A stretch of 63,096 bases of DNA, counting the filler, from Reticulomyxa filosa (taxonomy: Eukaryota > Protista > Foraminifera), in NCBI GenBank assembly GCA_000512085.1. It is 20 parts of 20 records of this genome, joined end to end, with 100 filler letters (N's around TTAATTAATTAA, not from the genome) between each part and the next. Parts side by side here need not be neighbours in the genome. Positions count along the whole stretch, not along the records: positions 19,347 to 26,099 come from ASPP01013569.1; positions 26,200 to 34,721 come from ASPP01018597.1; positions 34,822 to 39,814 come from ASPP01020352.1; 17 more parts are not named here. One strand, written 5' to 3'. Position 1 is the stretch's first letter. Every line of letters begins with the position of its first letter. Positions 25,100 to 36,894 of this stretch are shown here, in pieces. The translations under genes were made by a program, and so were the position numbers. The notes below the pieces were generated by a model. The model was not told the origin of the DNA, made no database searches, and saw only the letters and a program-made list of their open reading frames with translations.

Positions 25100-26080
25100 A
25101 TGCAACTAATGCTTAGAGTAATGCATCCAGAATTTCTGGAAGAAGTAATATTTACAGGCTTTGGTTTTATCACTATACTAATGACGATAACTCAGTGTTT
25201 TTTTCGACAATTTTCCAGTATGTATATGGAGACATATCGACCATTTAAGATTGCACTGGTCCTTTTTGGCATATTTGGCACGCTATTAAGTGTTGCTATT
25301 ATTTGCCCTATTCCACTTTCTTTTCCGTTACAGGTTAAGAACAAGTTTTTTTTTTTTTAAAAGCGTGATGAACTGATCAAAAATTTCATCAACATAATCA
25401 AGAAATGTAATCTTGTATACATTTGAGAATAGTCCTATTGTTTTTTATTGGCGGAGCTGTGTGCCCCATGGTGTCTCGCATATCTGTGGGAATGTTTGGC
25501 ATTAGAACACATGAAAAACTCCAATGTTTTTGTGAGTATTGATTTACCACTCCGAGCACTACATGTGTTGTTATTGATTGCATCTGTGATATTTACAGCT
25601 GTGGTGGCTATTGCATTAACCACAAATGTTAGTATTCAAGTCATGTACTCTCTGACATTTTCCGTGTCTTTTCTTGTCGCGGTGGTAGTGTTCATCGCGA
25701 TTCGATTTTTACAAAATGTGCAAGAAATGATAAGTTGGGGAAAGTCGAACATTGAGGCATTAGAGCGTGTAATCGTCTTGCATCAATTCTTTTGGTCTGC
25801 TATCGTCTTGCAATGGTGTTTCATGATCTTCTCGTTTATAGTGATATCCTTTGACATTTGTGCCAAACAAAATCTCCCCAACTTTGTAATGGATGCTCAA
25901 ACGCCAACCTTTCGCTCTTTTTTATTGGCTCAATTTTTTGTTTTATGTAAATCTTTTTGGACACATACGCATTGCATTTGTCAAACCCAACGCCAGGACA
26001 CTTTAAGGAATGTCACGCCTGTCACTGAAAACTTGATGTACGAACATAGTACACATAGTCCCAGCCAAAGTGGGGTGTAA
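25100..26080 (+). CDS. Orphan 7TM GPCR-like membrane protein; intron 25334-25432
   Basis: In-frame splice PLQ|SYCFLLAEL gives about 290 aa with seven hydrophobic segments. Confidence 0.65.
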
Positions 26081-26209
26081 AAAAAAAAAAAAAAAAAAAN
26101 NNNNNNNNNNNNNNNNNNNNNNNNNNNNNNNNNNNNNNNNNNNTTAATTAATTAANNNNNNNNNNNNNNNNNNNNNNNNNNNNNNNNNNNNNNNNNNNNA
26201 TCGTTTTAG

Positions 26210-26460
26210 GCGTTCAGTTTTCTTTGCAACCTACTGTATAATGAAGATGCGGAAAAGAGCAAGTACAAGAACTTGCAAATGAAATATGCGTCAGAAAAGG
26301 CAATTGATAGCGAAGCTGAAAGAAATGCAACAGCAAATCGAACAGATGGAACAAATGCTGAAGACGACACAGCAGAAACTGCGCGAAAAAGTGGAACAAA
26401 ACACAATGACTCAAGGCCAGTTCCAAATGCTGCATCAGTATAGTAAATACCTTTTTTTCT
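26210..26460 (+). CDS. Coiled-coil protein fragment at contig start (possibly frameshifted)
   Basis: LIAKLKEMQQQIEQMEQMLKTTQQKLREKVEQ heptad-like, Q/E/K-rich. Confidence 0.35.
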
Positions 26461-27129
26461 CCAAGCTTTTGGTGTTTTCACATTTGCAATTGCTGCTGTT
26501 TTTCTTGTTTTTATTAATATTATTATTGCACTTATGTACACAATATTATTGTGCTTTTTTTTCCCAATTGTCGCCATATCCTGTTGAATTTGCCAAATAG
26601 ACTTAAAAAATAAACTTGTTCATTTGTCTTCAAGATTTATATTCAAACACACTAGCTACATTTATGAAAAGGGACATAAGCAACTTATCAAAGTTCCAAT
26701 TGAACCTTATTAACTTTTTCCCAAAACGTAGCACTAATTTCTTCATTATTTTTATATTCGTTGTATTATGTTGGTTTTGTTTCATAATTTCAATAGTAGG
26801 GTCATACCGTCGGCTGTCTTGTTTCATTTCTTAGTAGTGGTGTTTGTTGGTTTTGTAAAAATTCCATATATTCGATAAAAAGAAAAAAATCACTGTGAAT
26901 TATTCACAAAGTTGTATGTTTTTTATCAAATATTGGAAATATTTTATAAAATTATGTGGAGCAATATCTTCCTTTTTAATTTGTATATAGTAGTGATAAT
27001 TTACATAAAATTCAAGCATCACTGCAATCCATAAGTATTGACTGTAACATATTTTTCATACAATAAATCATTTGTTTACATACATGGACATATATATGAA
27101 TATATTATTTATATATAAATATATATAAC

Positions 27130-28620
27130 TAGTTCCACCAACGTTTTTTCCATTTTCTCCAATAGACGATCACAGTTTTTGACTTGATCGTACGATTGCA
27201 CTAAATCTACTATTGTAAACATAGTTTTGAACACACCGTATTTCCATTTTACTTATGACGTTCACATTCTTTTCTAGTGAGTCTTTCATCACTTTGTTGT
27301 CTTGAAATTGCCGCCACATCTGCTGTTAAATCTAAGTCTTTGAAATGTTTCTCCTTCAACATTCATCTAACCAGTTTCTGGTCTGTGTTTATCCCATTTA
27401 ATTCTGTTGTTTGTTCTGCATGACATGTTGTTTTCATTTAAATTCGCCAATTCATGCATACGTTGGCGTATGCACATCATCGATACTATCACTACAATAA
27501 AAAAGTCAAAAACCGAGCATGATACAGAAATTAGGTATCCTGCTTGTCTCATGAAACAATCAATTTTCAAATATTCTTTTTCATTGTTTTTTTCAAGGAA
27601 ATGAAAACTAATATATGTTGATAACTTAAGTTTCGTTGAATCAATACAAACTATTTTTGATGAGTATAATCGCAAATAGCGTATCCAATCCCTACTTGCA
27701 CAACGCATTTCGTTGAGCTCTTTTGCTCGTCTACAATTTTTTGTGCATAAAAATGAAGGCAATGAAAGATGATAACTGCCAATTTATTTGAAGAAGTAAC
27801 TGCTTTTGAGTCACTTAATATGAATCGAAGTAGGACAAATTGAATTCACTTGATCCATCGCTGTGCCTCTTTTTAATGTTTTCAATTTAGAGTACTAGGA
27901 AATATCACATGCAAGTAACGCTCTATCAAGTGAAATTGGAAATACTTAATTCTTACAAAAATTCTTCTGCTGTTTGACTTCTTTTAGTATCATTAACAAA
28001 AGGAGACGGAAATAGAGGGTATGGTTATGTATTTCAATTCTTTCTATGCTATTAAAAAAAGAACTGGTCTCAGAAAAAAGTGATTCACATCATGATTATG
28101 ATTAAAAAAAAGAAAAAAGTATTTGGAGATTTACAACACATTGTGGAGGCCAATTGGATGTTTCGGCATGTCTTCACTACAATTTACAACACATTGTGAG
28201 GCCAACTGGATGTCTCAGCATGTCTTCACTACACTAGACAATGTTCCTCTCATATCGTCCTTTCCCTGTCCAAAAAGCAAAACAGATATTTGTGTGCCAT
28301 TTCAATATAAAACGAGTATTTTCAACAATACTGCGCTTTCTATCAAATATCAATTTCAATTTCAATGGAAAGTCAAACACAGATAGGACATTGATTGTCA
28401 ATCTCCAAAAATTGAAATCAAACGAGGTTCACTGGCGACACTTCAGTCATATCATCAATAAAAGTACCTTTGATGAGTCTTTCGATAATCAAGACCGTTG
28501 TTTGCAAAGACCAAGTATTGAATCTCAACAAAGACAATATCTCTAATGTTAGTTCCGACAAATCCAAAAAACGTAGACTCACATTTAAAATTCATTAAAT
28601 TCAAAATTGTGAGATGAGTC
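27130..28620. mobile_element. Possible decayed MULE-like transposase remnants
   Basis: YSSKIVCIDST on the minus strand (about 27640) resembles the MULE first-Asp motif; PVQKAKQIFVCHFNIKR on the plus strand (about 28265) resembles P-a-h-lC-x-H; many stops. Confidence 0.3.
28129..28233 (+). repeat. Tandem duplication of a 52-53 bp unit
   Basis: atttacaacacattgtg(g)aggccaa(t/c)tggatgt(t/c)tc(g/a)gcatgtcttcactaca occurs twice: 28129-28181 and 28182-28233. Confidence 0.9.
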
Positions 28621-29731
28621 TCGTCACAGGTAAGCACAACTGTGTGTACTGTGCTTTTCCTTTTCTTTCTCTGGAACAAATATACAAAGTTGTGTATACA
28701 CAAATTGTGCTCTTTTCAATGGTATATTTTTATTATTTCTTCTGTCTTTTTTGATAATTATTGTAATTTTAATATTCCAATTTCTGTATGTGGTTTATAT
28801 CGATTGGAAAGTTTTTTGATATCTTTCATATCAATCCATTCACAAATAACATCAAAAATAAATCATATCTCTTTTTAAAAAGATGAAAAGTGGAAGCATA
28901 ACATGACCGCCCTTTCGTGTTAATGTCGGGTATTTGAATACAGTCTTTCAATTTTGTATTTGTATACATTTTGGAAGCTCATGCGTCGGATGAATGGCCT
29001 ATTCGAACCAAACCGAGTTTATGCATCAAATAACATGCATCGCTTAAAAATCGATGCTCTTTGGCTATTCGTTTAATTGACGAATTCCATTTTCAAATGC
29101 CTATTTTCGTTGACACGATGGATAATCGTTTTCAAGCCACGTATGCCGCTTGGCCTTTACTTGCGTTCCTTTTGCATCACTACACTATTCAATTCATTTT
29201 GCAACCCAAATGTCCTGGTTAATATGATCTTAAAGCTATATTAATCCAATACTATTCTTCTTTTAGAAGAAAAAGAAGAAGAAAGAGTATGAGTTAGTTT
29301 GCTTGATTTTTTTGGAGTGCTGTTCTTGTTCATCCTCAAATAGTTGGATGCATCAAAAATAAAATTTACCTATAAAAAAAATAAATTTCAGTTCATTTAT
29401 TTTTTTTATAATACTTTCCGGATTTTTTTCAAAATAGATAGTTGTGCAACCTTTGTGTTTGTATGCAAAATTGTTTTGCTCATTTTACACTGACAATGTA
29501 GCTATGCATTCTAATTTTTTGTCCTTTTTTTTTTGTAAAGTTAATGTTTTTGTCTAAATAAGAAATCTTTTCTTACCACCACATTTGCAAAATACTCTCA
29601 TTTTATTTCGAATATAAACACAAGTACGTATATTGCCGATTGAACTCAAGTGTTTGGATTCAAGCAAACACTTGACCTAGATCGGAATTGAAGATTTTTT
29701 TTTTAATCAATTGCAATGTTCTGCAAGTAAT

Positions 29732-30301
29732 TCAAAAACCAGAAACAAATTCAACTTTAAATTCAAAACTCAATACTTTCATTATCGTCATCATTATCAT
29801 AAATAATTCCAAAGCAAAATTCTTAAATCTAAATCTTTCTATGCATTTATTATATACTTTATTCTTTCCATATTCATTCTTTCCTCTTTTCTCAATTTCT
29901 TCATCAATTTTCTCACAAATTTGTAACGTTAATCCGTTTGTACTTATCTTGCCTTTACCATAAAATTCAAAACCCAAAAATTCACTAACTTTCATTTACA
30001 AATCTCTAACTTGACTTTTTCTAATAATCTTTGCTAATTCAAATAACCTTTTACTAATTTTATTATTTTCGCTTATTAATTTAATCCAACTTTCATTATC
30101 TTTTATTTCCTTTTTCTTTTCACTAAATATTTCTAAAATCATTCTACTTTTTGCCATATTAGCAAGGTAACACCATGTATAGAATTCACAACTATACATT
30201 CTATAGATTCTGTTCTTTGTAACAATTTTCTTTTGATCAAATTTAATTTCTACTTTTTCGTCATCACTACTTTCACATAGATCAATAATTTTACTAGGCA
30301 T
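29732..30301 (-). pseudogene. AT-rich, K/E/I-rich ORF interrupted by one in-frame TAA (or two abutting ORFs)
   Basis: ORFs 30301-29996 and 29995-29732 are in the same frame, joined by TAA|ATG; intronless and very AT-rich. Confidence 0.35.
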
Positions 30302-33067
30302 AATTATTGCAATTGATATAGCTTTCGTCTAACACAGACTAAAATAAACCGTTAAATTTAATAAAAAAACAAGTTTGCAAAGTTAATACATTAATATTAC
30401 ATTTTTACAATATACTTACTTACTTTATTTTAAAACACAATACTTTAAAACGTAAAATTAACGCAGAAACTGTAGTTTTTCCTATCACGGAGTTTCGCAC
30501 TTAAAGGCAAAAAGAAACTAAAAAACTGAAACTATAAACAATAGTTTTTTTCTTTGAACTTTGGCCCTCAAACTTTTAGATTATGATTTTTTTTCCTCAA
30601 TTTCTAATACTTTTAAGCAAATTCATCATTTTTTATTAAATCCTTTGATTATTCTAGTTGTAATTGTTATAAATGGAAACTAATCGAAGGAATAAATGTG
30701 TATTCAAGAAAACCATAATAATTAAAAAATTTAAGATAAAAGATATTGAATTTGCTTTTAAAGTATTGGAAATTGAATTAAAAAAAGATTCAGAAAAAGA
30801 AATTATAATCTAAAAATCCATTATGAGATTTATCCATTTTCAATGTTTAGTGGCTTTTGTTCAATTTATGAATTGACTGTATTATTAAAAGAATACAACA
30901 TACAATAAAAAGGACTCAATGTGAAAAAAAACACTTTTCATCCAACAGTACAGTTCCGTCATTGTCATTACAGAAATCTTTTAAATAAATAAGCAAATTT
31001 TTTCAAGCAGATACTTTATATTGAGTATGAAGAAATCTTAGTTTGTTGTGGTTTATTTAATAAAAAACCTTTTCAAATTAATTTTTTTTAAAATGATTTT
31101 GAATGAAAGTTTCTTTTTTAAAAATAAGCTTTTTAAATTAATTTATATTCAGCGCTTGTAGTTGCTTTCTCTATTTACGTCAGAACTTGAATTAAACACG
31201 GAAGAAAGGCCAAACAAAAATACTTGGAGCGGAGATATTTATTCTATGTCGTTTCCTACATCAAACAGGAGTTTAGCAGGATCATTATCAGTTAATTTAT
31301 ATTGGGTGAAGGGAGAGTGCTGGAGGATTGTCTTTAACATGTCTACTTTTGCTTTACTTGAGCTTGCAGTATTTGTTAGAGTCAAAGTTGAAACTGTGGC
31401 TTTGGTTACAGTTATATTGTAACATTACCAGCTCAGGTCAAAAGCCTTGGATTTTTATATCTTTCCAAAATTCGAGTCACGTCTTTGAGTTGGACATTAA
31501 TTCTATTTTGCAAAATAGCCCAACTTCGTGATCTTTTTTTTATGTCGTAATATGTCTGCTGTGCAGACTATGCTTGTATCTGGAGGCCCTTTGGTCACGC
31601 ATTGTTTTCTTCATTCGTGAAGATATTGCGTTTTTCTACGCCACCCAATGATCCATTTAGTTTTTTATTATTATTATTCGGATGAATGCAGAACCATTCA
31701 TCAAATGCTATATGCATACATACACATAAATATAGTGTATAACCCGTTTGTTTACACACGTCGCAATATGTATATAGTCATACAAACTCAAATTGATCCA
31801 ATAATCGACAGCTATCTTCTTTTGGAGAAGGCGAATAGTCATCTGTCGCTTTTTGTAAAAAAATTTATTTATTTAAAAAAAAGAAAGGTTGTGTGTTTCT
31901 AAAAAAAAAGCGTTACAATGAACAAACACACAATTAAAAATCGGATTGAGTTTGCTGACCTGAAATAATGGACATTCGGAGTACCACTAATCAATACAGA
32001 CAATGTCATCACACTTCTTTCAAATGCTTGATTTTTACTTTCTTCACGTTTGAAGACAACCAAATGAATAAAGTCACGACGATGATGACAATAATTACTA
32101 TTATTATAATATCAATTTGAATGATAAATTTGACCAATTATTCACTAAAAGAATTGGAACACATTATGGAAAACAGCAATGTCGCATACATTCAAGAAAT
32201 ATTTTTGGATATTGAACAATATTTGAAATTCCGACCTTTCATTTGACTTGGTATCAAATTTTTGGAATTTTTTATATTTGGTATGCGCATGCGACGTCTC
32301 TATTTTTAACGTGATCATGTGAAAACAAAGCACAGCCACTTTTTTTCCCATTAGGAATGTTGATTGGTAGTGTGTGTTGATGATGTTCGATTTTGCGATG
32401 CTGTCAATGACATTCTCGACTCAGTCAAAGCTATTGAATAGTCAGCCTAGTGATGAAACTTACTATCAGTTGCAAGGAAAGTAAGCACGTGGAATATTGC
32501 ATTATTTTCCAGTTACATTTTGATATCACGAGTTTATATTATCATACAATGTGCAATGATTTTTTTTTAAATAATATAGCAATATTATTGTCGGCAGCCT
32601 GAAAAGGGTCTAATCATTCGTGGAACAATCCAAGTATTAAAAGATACTGGCACATCACTATAAAAATTCGTAATTTATGTCTAAAAAACAAATGCACAAA
32701 ATTTTTTCTTTGAATTGTTAGGAGATAATTACAATATAATATTGGACTCAATTTTTATTTTAAAAAAAGCGTATTTAGATACAAACACCAATTTTACTCA
32801 AAGACGTTTGGTTATCGATAATCTCATCAATTCATGTCCACCACGAGAAAGTGGATGTCCTCTCTGAAATATTTCAACACCACTCAATTTTATTTTTCTT
32901 CCAAGCCTGTGTATTCTGTCTTTCAAGGAGACTAAAGGATCATTATAATTTTTTTTCATTTTACGGGAAAAAGACCACTTCGACGTTCTAAAAAAGAAAG
33001 CTCAGATATTTTTCATTTTACATCAGCAAAGACAGCCCCAAAAAAAAAAAACAAAAAGGTCAAAAGA

Positions 33068-34481
33068 ATGACAGACCTTGGAAATGAAAAACAGACTTCA
33101 ACACAACAAGCAATGGTAAGCCCTATTTCAAGTTTTCAAAAAGTTGGCCGTCTTTATGTTTTCATTGTATGTGTTATTTATTGTACACGATCAAAGAAAT
33201 TAAAGGACGAAGAAGAAGAGATCCAAATAATTATTCAATATTGGATCCGAATTCTACATGTTCAATTTGGATGGATAAGTGATTTTAACAAGCTCGTTAT
33301 CAATTATGTTATGTTTTTTGTTCATTTGCTTTTCATTCAAATGACAATCAATATGTCCAAACCTTTATTTGTTGTTATTACCAGGAACTACAATCTTTAT
33401 TCTTAATACATTTTGCTCGTCATCCAAAGTACTCAAGACGTTTACTGGACACACAGATATTGTGTATAGTATTGATTACTCAACATTTGATAGTAGTCAA
33501 TTAATTTGTTCTGGATCAATTGATAAAGCAGTTCGTGTATGGGATGTTGACAATAACAAACAAATTCGATCATTTAATGAACATTCAAGTTATGTATATA
33601 GTGTGAGATTTTCGTCATATCATTATCACAATCTTCATCATAATGTTATTTGTTCTTCATCATATGACAGCACCATTCGTTTTTGGGATATCAAAAATAA
33701 TCAACAATTGAATATATACAATGGACATACTGATGGTGTCAGTGAAATTGAATTTTCACCATTTAATGGTGGTAGATATTTGTGCTCTGGATCACATGAC
33801 AAAACAATTCGTTTATGGGATGTTGAAACATCAAAATCATTACATATTTTCAATGGACATATAAGTATTGTCTGGTGTTTGGATATTTCTCCATTGCAAA
33901 GTAACAACAGTAACAATGATATTGGTATAATTGGCGGTAATGGGTATACCATTTGTTCTGGATCATTTGATCGAACTATTCGTTTATGGGATATTGAAAC
34001 AGCCAAACAACTCATTATATTCAAAGGACATGAACGTACAGTTTGGAGTGTAAAATATGGATCAAATGAATTAGGGAGTATTGGTGGCGCAAACACAATA
34101 TTATCTGGATCTGCAGATAAAAGTATTGGTTTATGGGATATTCGATCTGGTCAACAAATTCAAATGTTCTATGGACATACAGATTATGTGAACACTGTTC
34201 AATATTCACCATTTGTAGTAAATAATAATGAAATTGGTGGCTGTTCAAATGTAATATGTTCTGGATCCAGTGATAATACAATTCGTTTTTGGGATATTCG
34301 ATCAAATAAGAAGCATTTGTATGTGATTAATGGAAGTAGCAAAGAAGACGATGGAATAAGATGTCTTAAATTTGTAACACCGAAAAAGAGAGGAAGAAAA
34401 AGTGTAAGCTACGATAACATCGGTTGTGGTGTTAATCTGTGTTATGGTTTATGTAGTGGCTGTATTTGTATTTATGGATAG
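33068..34481 (+). CDS. WD40-repeat protein of expanded family, complete, two 5' introns
   Basis: MTDLGNEKQTS exon, QYWIRILHVQFGWISDFNKLVINY exon, then seven GH...WD blades ending ICIYG. Confidence 0.9.
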
Positions 34482-34899
34482 TATTTTTTTTTCCCAACAA
34501 AAAAAATTTGTCTTGGAGTGAATTGGATGAAGTAAGTTTGCTCCCTCAATTAATTAATATGATATGTTTTAACCATTTCTTTTTTTGACTTTGGGAAAAA
34601 AAAATGATAAACAAAGTGCAAATTTTGATTGTGATTTTAAATTTTGACAAACAATAAACAAACAAAATTAGTGAATATGCTTTATTTGCAATTTGTGTAA
34701 TACAAAAATGCCCCAAAAAAANNNNNNNNNNNNNNNNNNNNNNNNNNNNNNNNNNNNNNNNNNNNTTAATTAATTAANNNNNNNNNNNNNNNNNNNNNNN
34801 NNNNNNNNNNNNNNNNNNNNNTATTTTAATTTGTTTTCCTTCTTTCTCCTCTCTACTCAGCGTTTGCTCTTCTTCTCTCGCCTTATCATAGCAATATAT

Positions 34900-35385
34900 T
34901 TTATTGTTTGGTGTTTGAAAAGCGTACACTGGCGAACGCAATCGTGGAGAGAAAGATAAAGATAAAGACAAAAGCAAAGACAAGGAAAAAAAGAAGAAGA
35001 AAAAAAAGAAAAGCAAGACAAAGAGCGGCGAAAAAGGGGATGCTGGTACGGTTTTGTTAAAAAAAAAAAATAAGCAAGTCAATATATTGAACCCAAATCA
35101 CGTCCTTTTCTTTTTTTCCCTCCCTCCCCCCTTCCCCCTTTTTTTTTTTTTTTGTCACATGTTCTGGAAAAGTTCAGTTGTAATGTGTTGTGCTTGTTGT
35201 AAATCCGAAATAATGAAGACACCAGTGGCAAAAAAAAAGATAAAGAATAAAAAGAAAAAGAAAAAGAAAAAAACCAAAGAAAGCAAGAAAAGAAAAAAAA
35301 AAAGAAAGAGGAAGAACAACAAGAGGAACAAGAAGAGGAGAGAGAGGAAGAAGAAGAACAACAACAACAAGGAAAAAAAGAAAAA

Positions 35386-35417
<32 letters not shown>

Positions 35418-36556
35418 ACTAGAAGAGGAAGAAGAAGAACTAGAGGAGGAAGAAGAAGAGGAAGAAATTGAAGTCCGACTGGAAGACCTGAAATTCAAAC
35501 CAAAAGATGAGAAAAGTGAAGAGAAGAAAAAAGAAAGCGATCATAAAAAAAAGAAAACTCACACAAAAGTTGTGTGTTTGCTTTTAATTTATTATTCTTT
35601 GTAAAAGCAAAAAAAAAAAACTTTGTTTGTGTTGTAAATAATGTTGGGTACGTGGAACAAATAACATCATGATCACTCGCTTGACTCGAATAAGGATGAC
35701 AAGACTGGTGAAGCCGCAGCAGACAATTCAAAAACAGAAAACAAATCACCAGAGGTTGATGAAATGACAAAGGCATTGCAAAACACGAATATTGGCGGCT
35801 TTGATGATTTGGGTCTCTTTGACATTCCACAAAGCAAGCCTGTCACAAGTACTCAAAAGCCAACATCACAAAGCAAACAAAATGACGGTCTAGGCTTCGA
35901 TTTTGATTTTGGTAACAATCAACCATCGTCTTCGACTACTAAGGGAAGTCAGAGCAATTTGTCAAAGCCAAGTTAAGAAGTGAAAAAAAGAAAATGGAAT
36001 AAGTAAAAAGATAATAATAATAATAATAATAATATCTTTCCAACATAGGCGCGCAATCAAGTAACTTGCTGGATGAACTGCATAACAACAATACTTCAGG
36101 AAGCAGCATAGACGATTTATTTGCTTCATTTCAAAACAACAATGCTGTCAGCTCAAACACACAATCAACAACAAAGAAGACTACCTTAAGTGGAGTTGTC
36201 AAAGAAGAAAAAAAGTAGTGGCGAAAAAGTCTACAACTGATCAGCCCAAGACAACTAGTACTGATGCGTGGAGTTTGGGAGAAAATTTGATCAATTTGGG
36301 AAATCTGTCGAATTCAACAGCAGCAAACACATTTGCTCCATTCAATCCAGAGATGACAAAAAGACCCAACAATTTAGGTAATGTTATTTGATCCTCGTTT
36401 CCTTGTTGTTCACGGTTTTTGTCAGTTTTGGTATTCATTTGCTTGCTTTTTTTTACAGGTGAAACGAATACTGCTAGATCCAATCCCACGACGGGAACCA
36501 CGGCCGGCATTAACAACAATCAAGGATTAAACTCAAACCAGCTCAATTTTTGGTAG
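34900..36556 (+). CDS. Multi-exon low-complexity protein with an epsin/EpsinR-like tail, 5'-partial
   Basis: K- and E-rich exons, then DDLGLFD, FDFDFG, NLLDEL, DDLFASF, DAWSLGENLINLGNL (clathrin/adaptor-type motifs); ENTH domain not in the contig. Confidence 0.45.
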
Positions 36557-36894
36557 TGTTGTTGACACATCCTGTTTACCGACTTTTGTATTGATTAAAA
36601 GTTCTCGTTCAAAGTTCTTTTTTTTTGTTGTCCTTTAACTTGTTTTCTCATTCTAAGCATTACTCTATGGACTTTTTTTTTAAGGAAGCCTTATTCAGCG
36701 CAACCTATCTTCCACAAATTCTCGTATAACTGCTGTTGTTCCAGGTGACAATCTTTGTTAAAACATCAACATAATACAATTTCTCATTTGAATGCTTGCA
36801 AGTTTTACTAATATGTATTACTTGTATTGTCATTCCATTAAACACCATTATTGTGATCTCCTCCTATTGTGTTTGTTCATTTTGGTATACGAAT

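Noticed and set aside
29732-30301. Stop-codon reassignment suggested by in-frame TAA
   Set aside because: Conserved genes here terminate normally at TAA, TAG and TGA and have no internal stops
35054-35498. Poly-K, poly-S and poly-F ORFs in the ORF track
   Set aside because: Alternative frames or antisense of purine-rich low-complexity exons and introns
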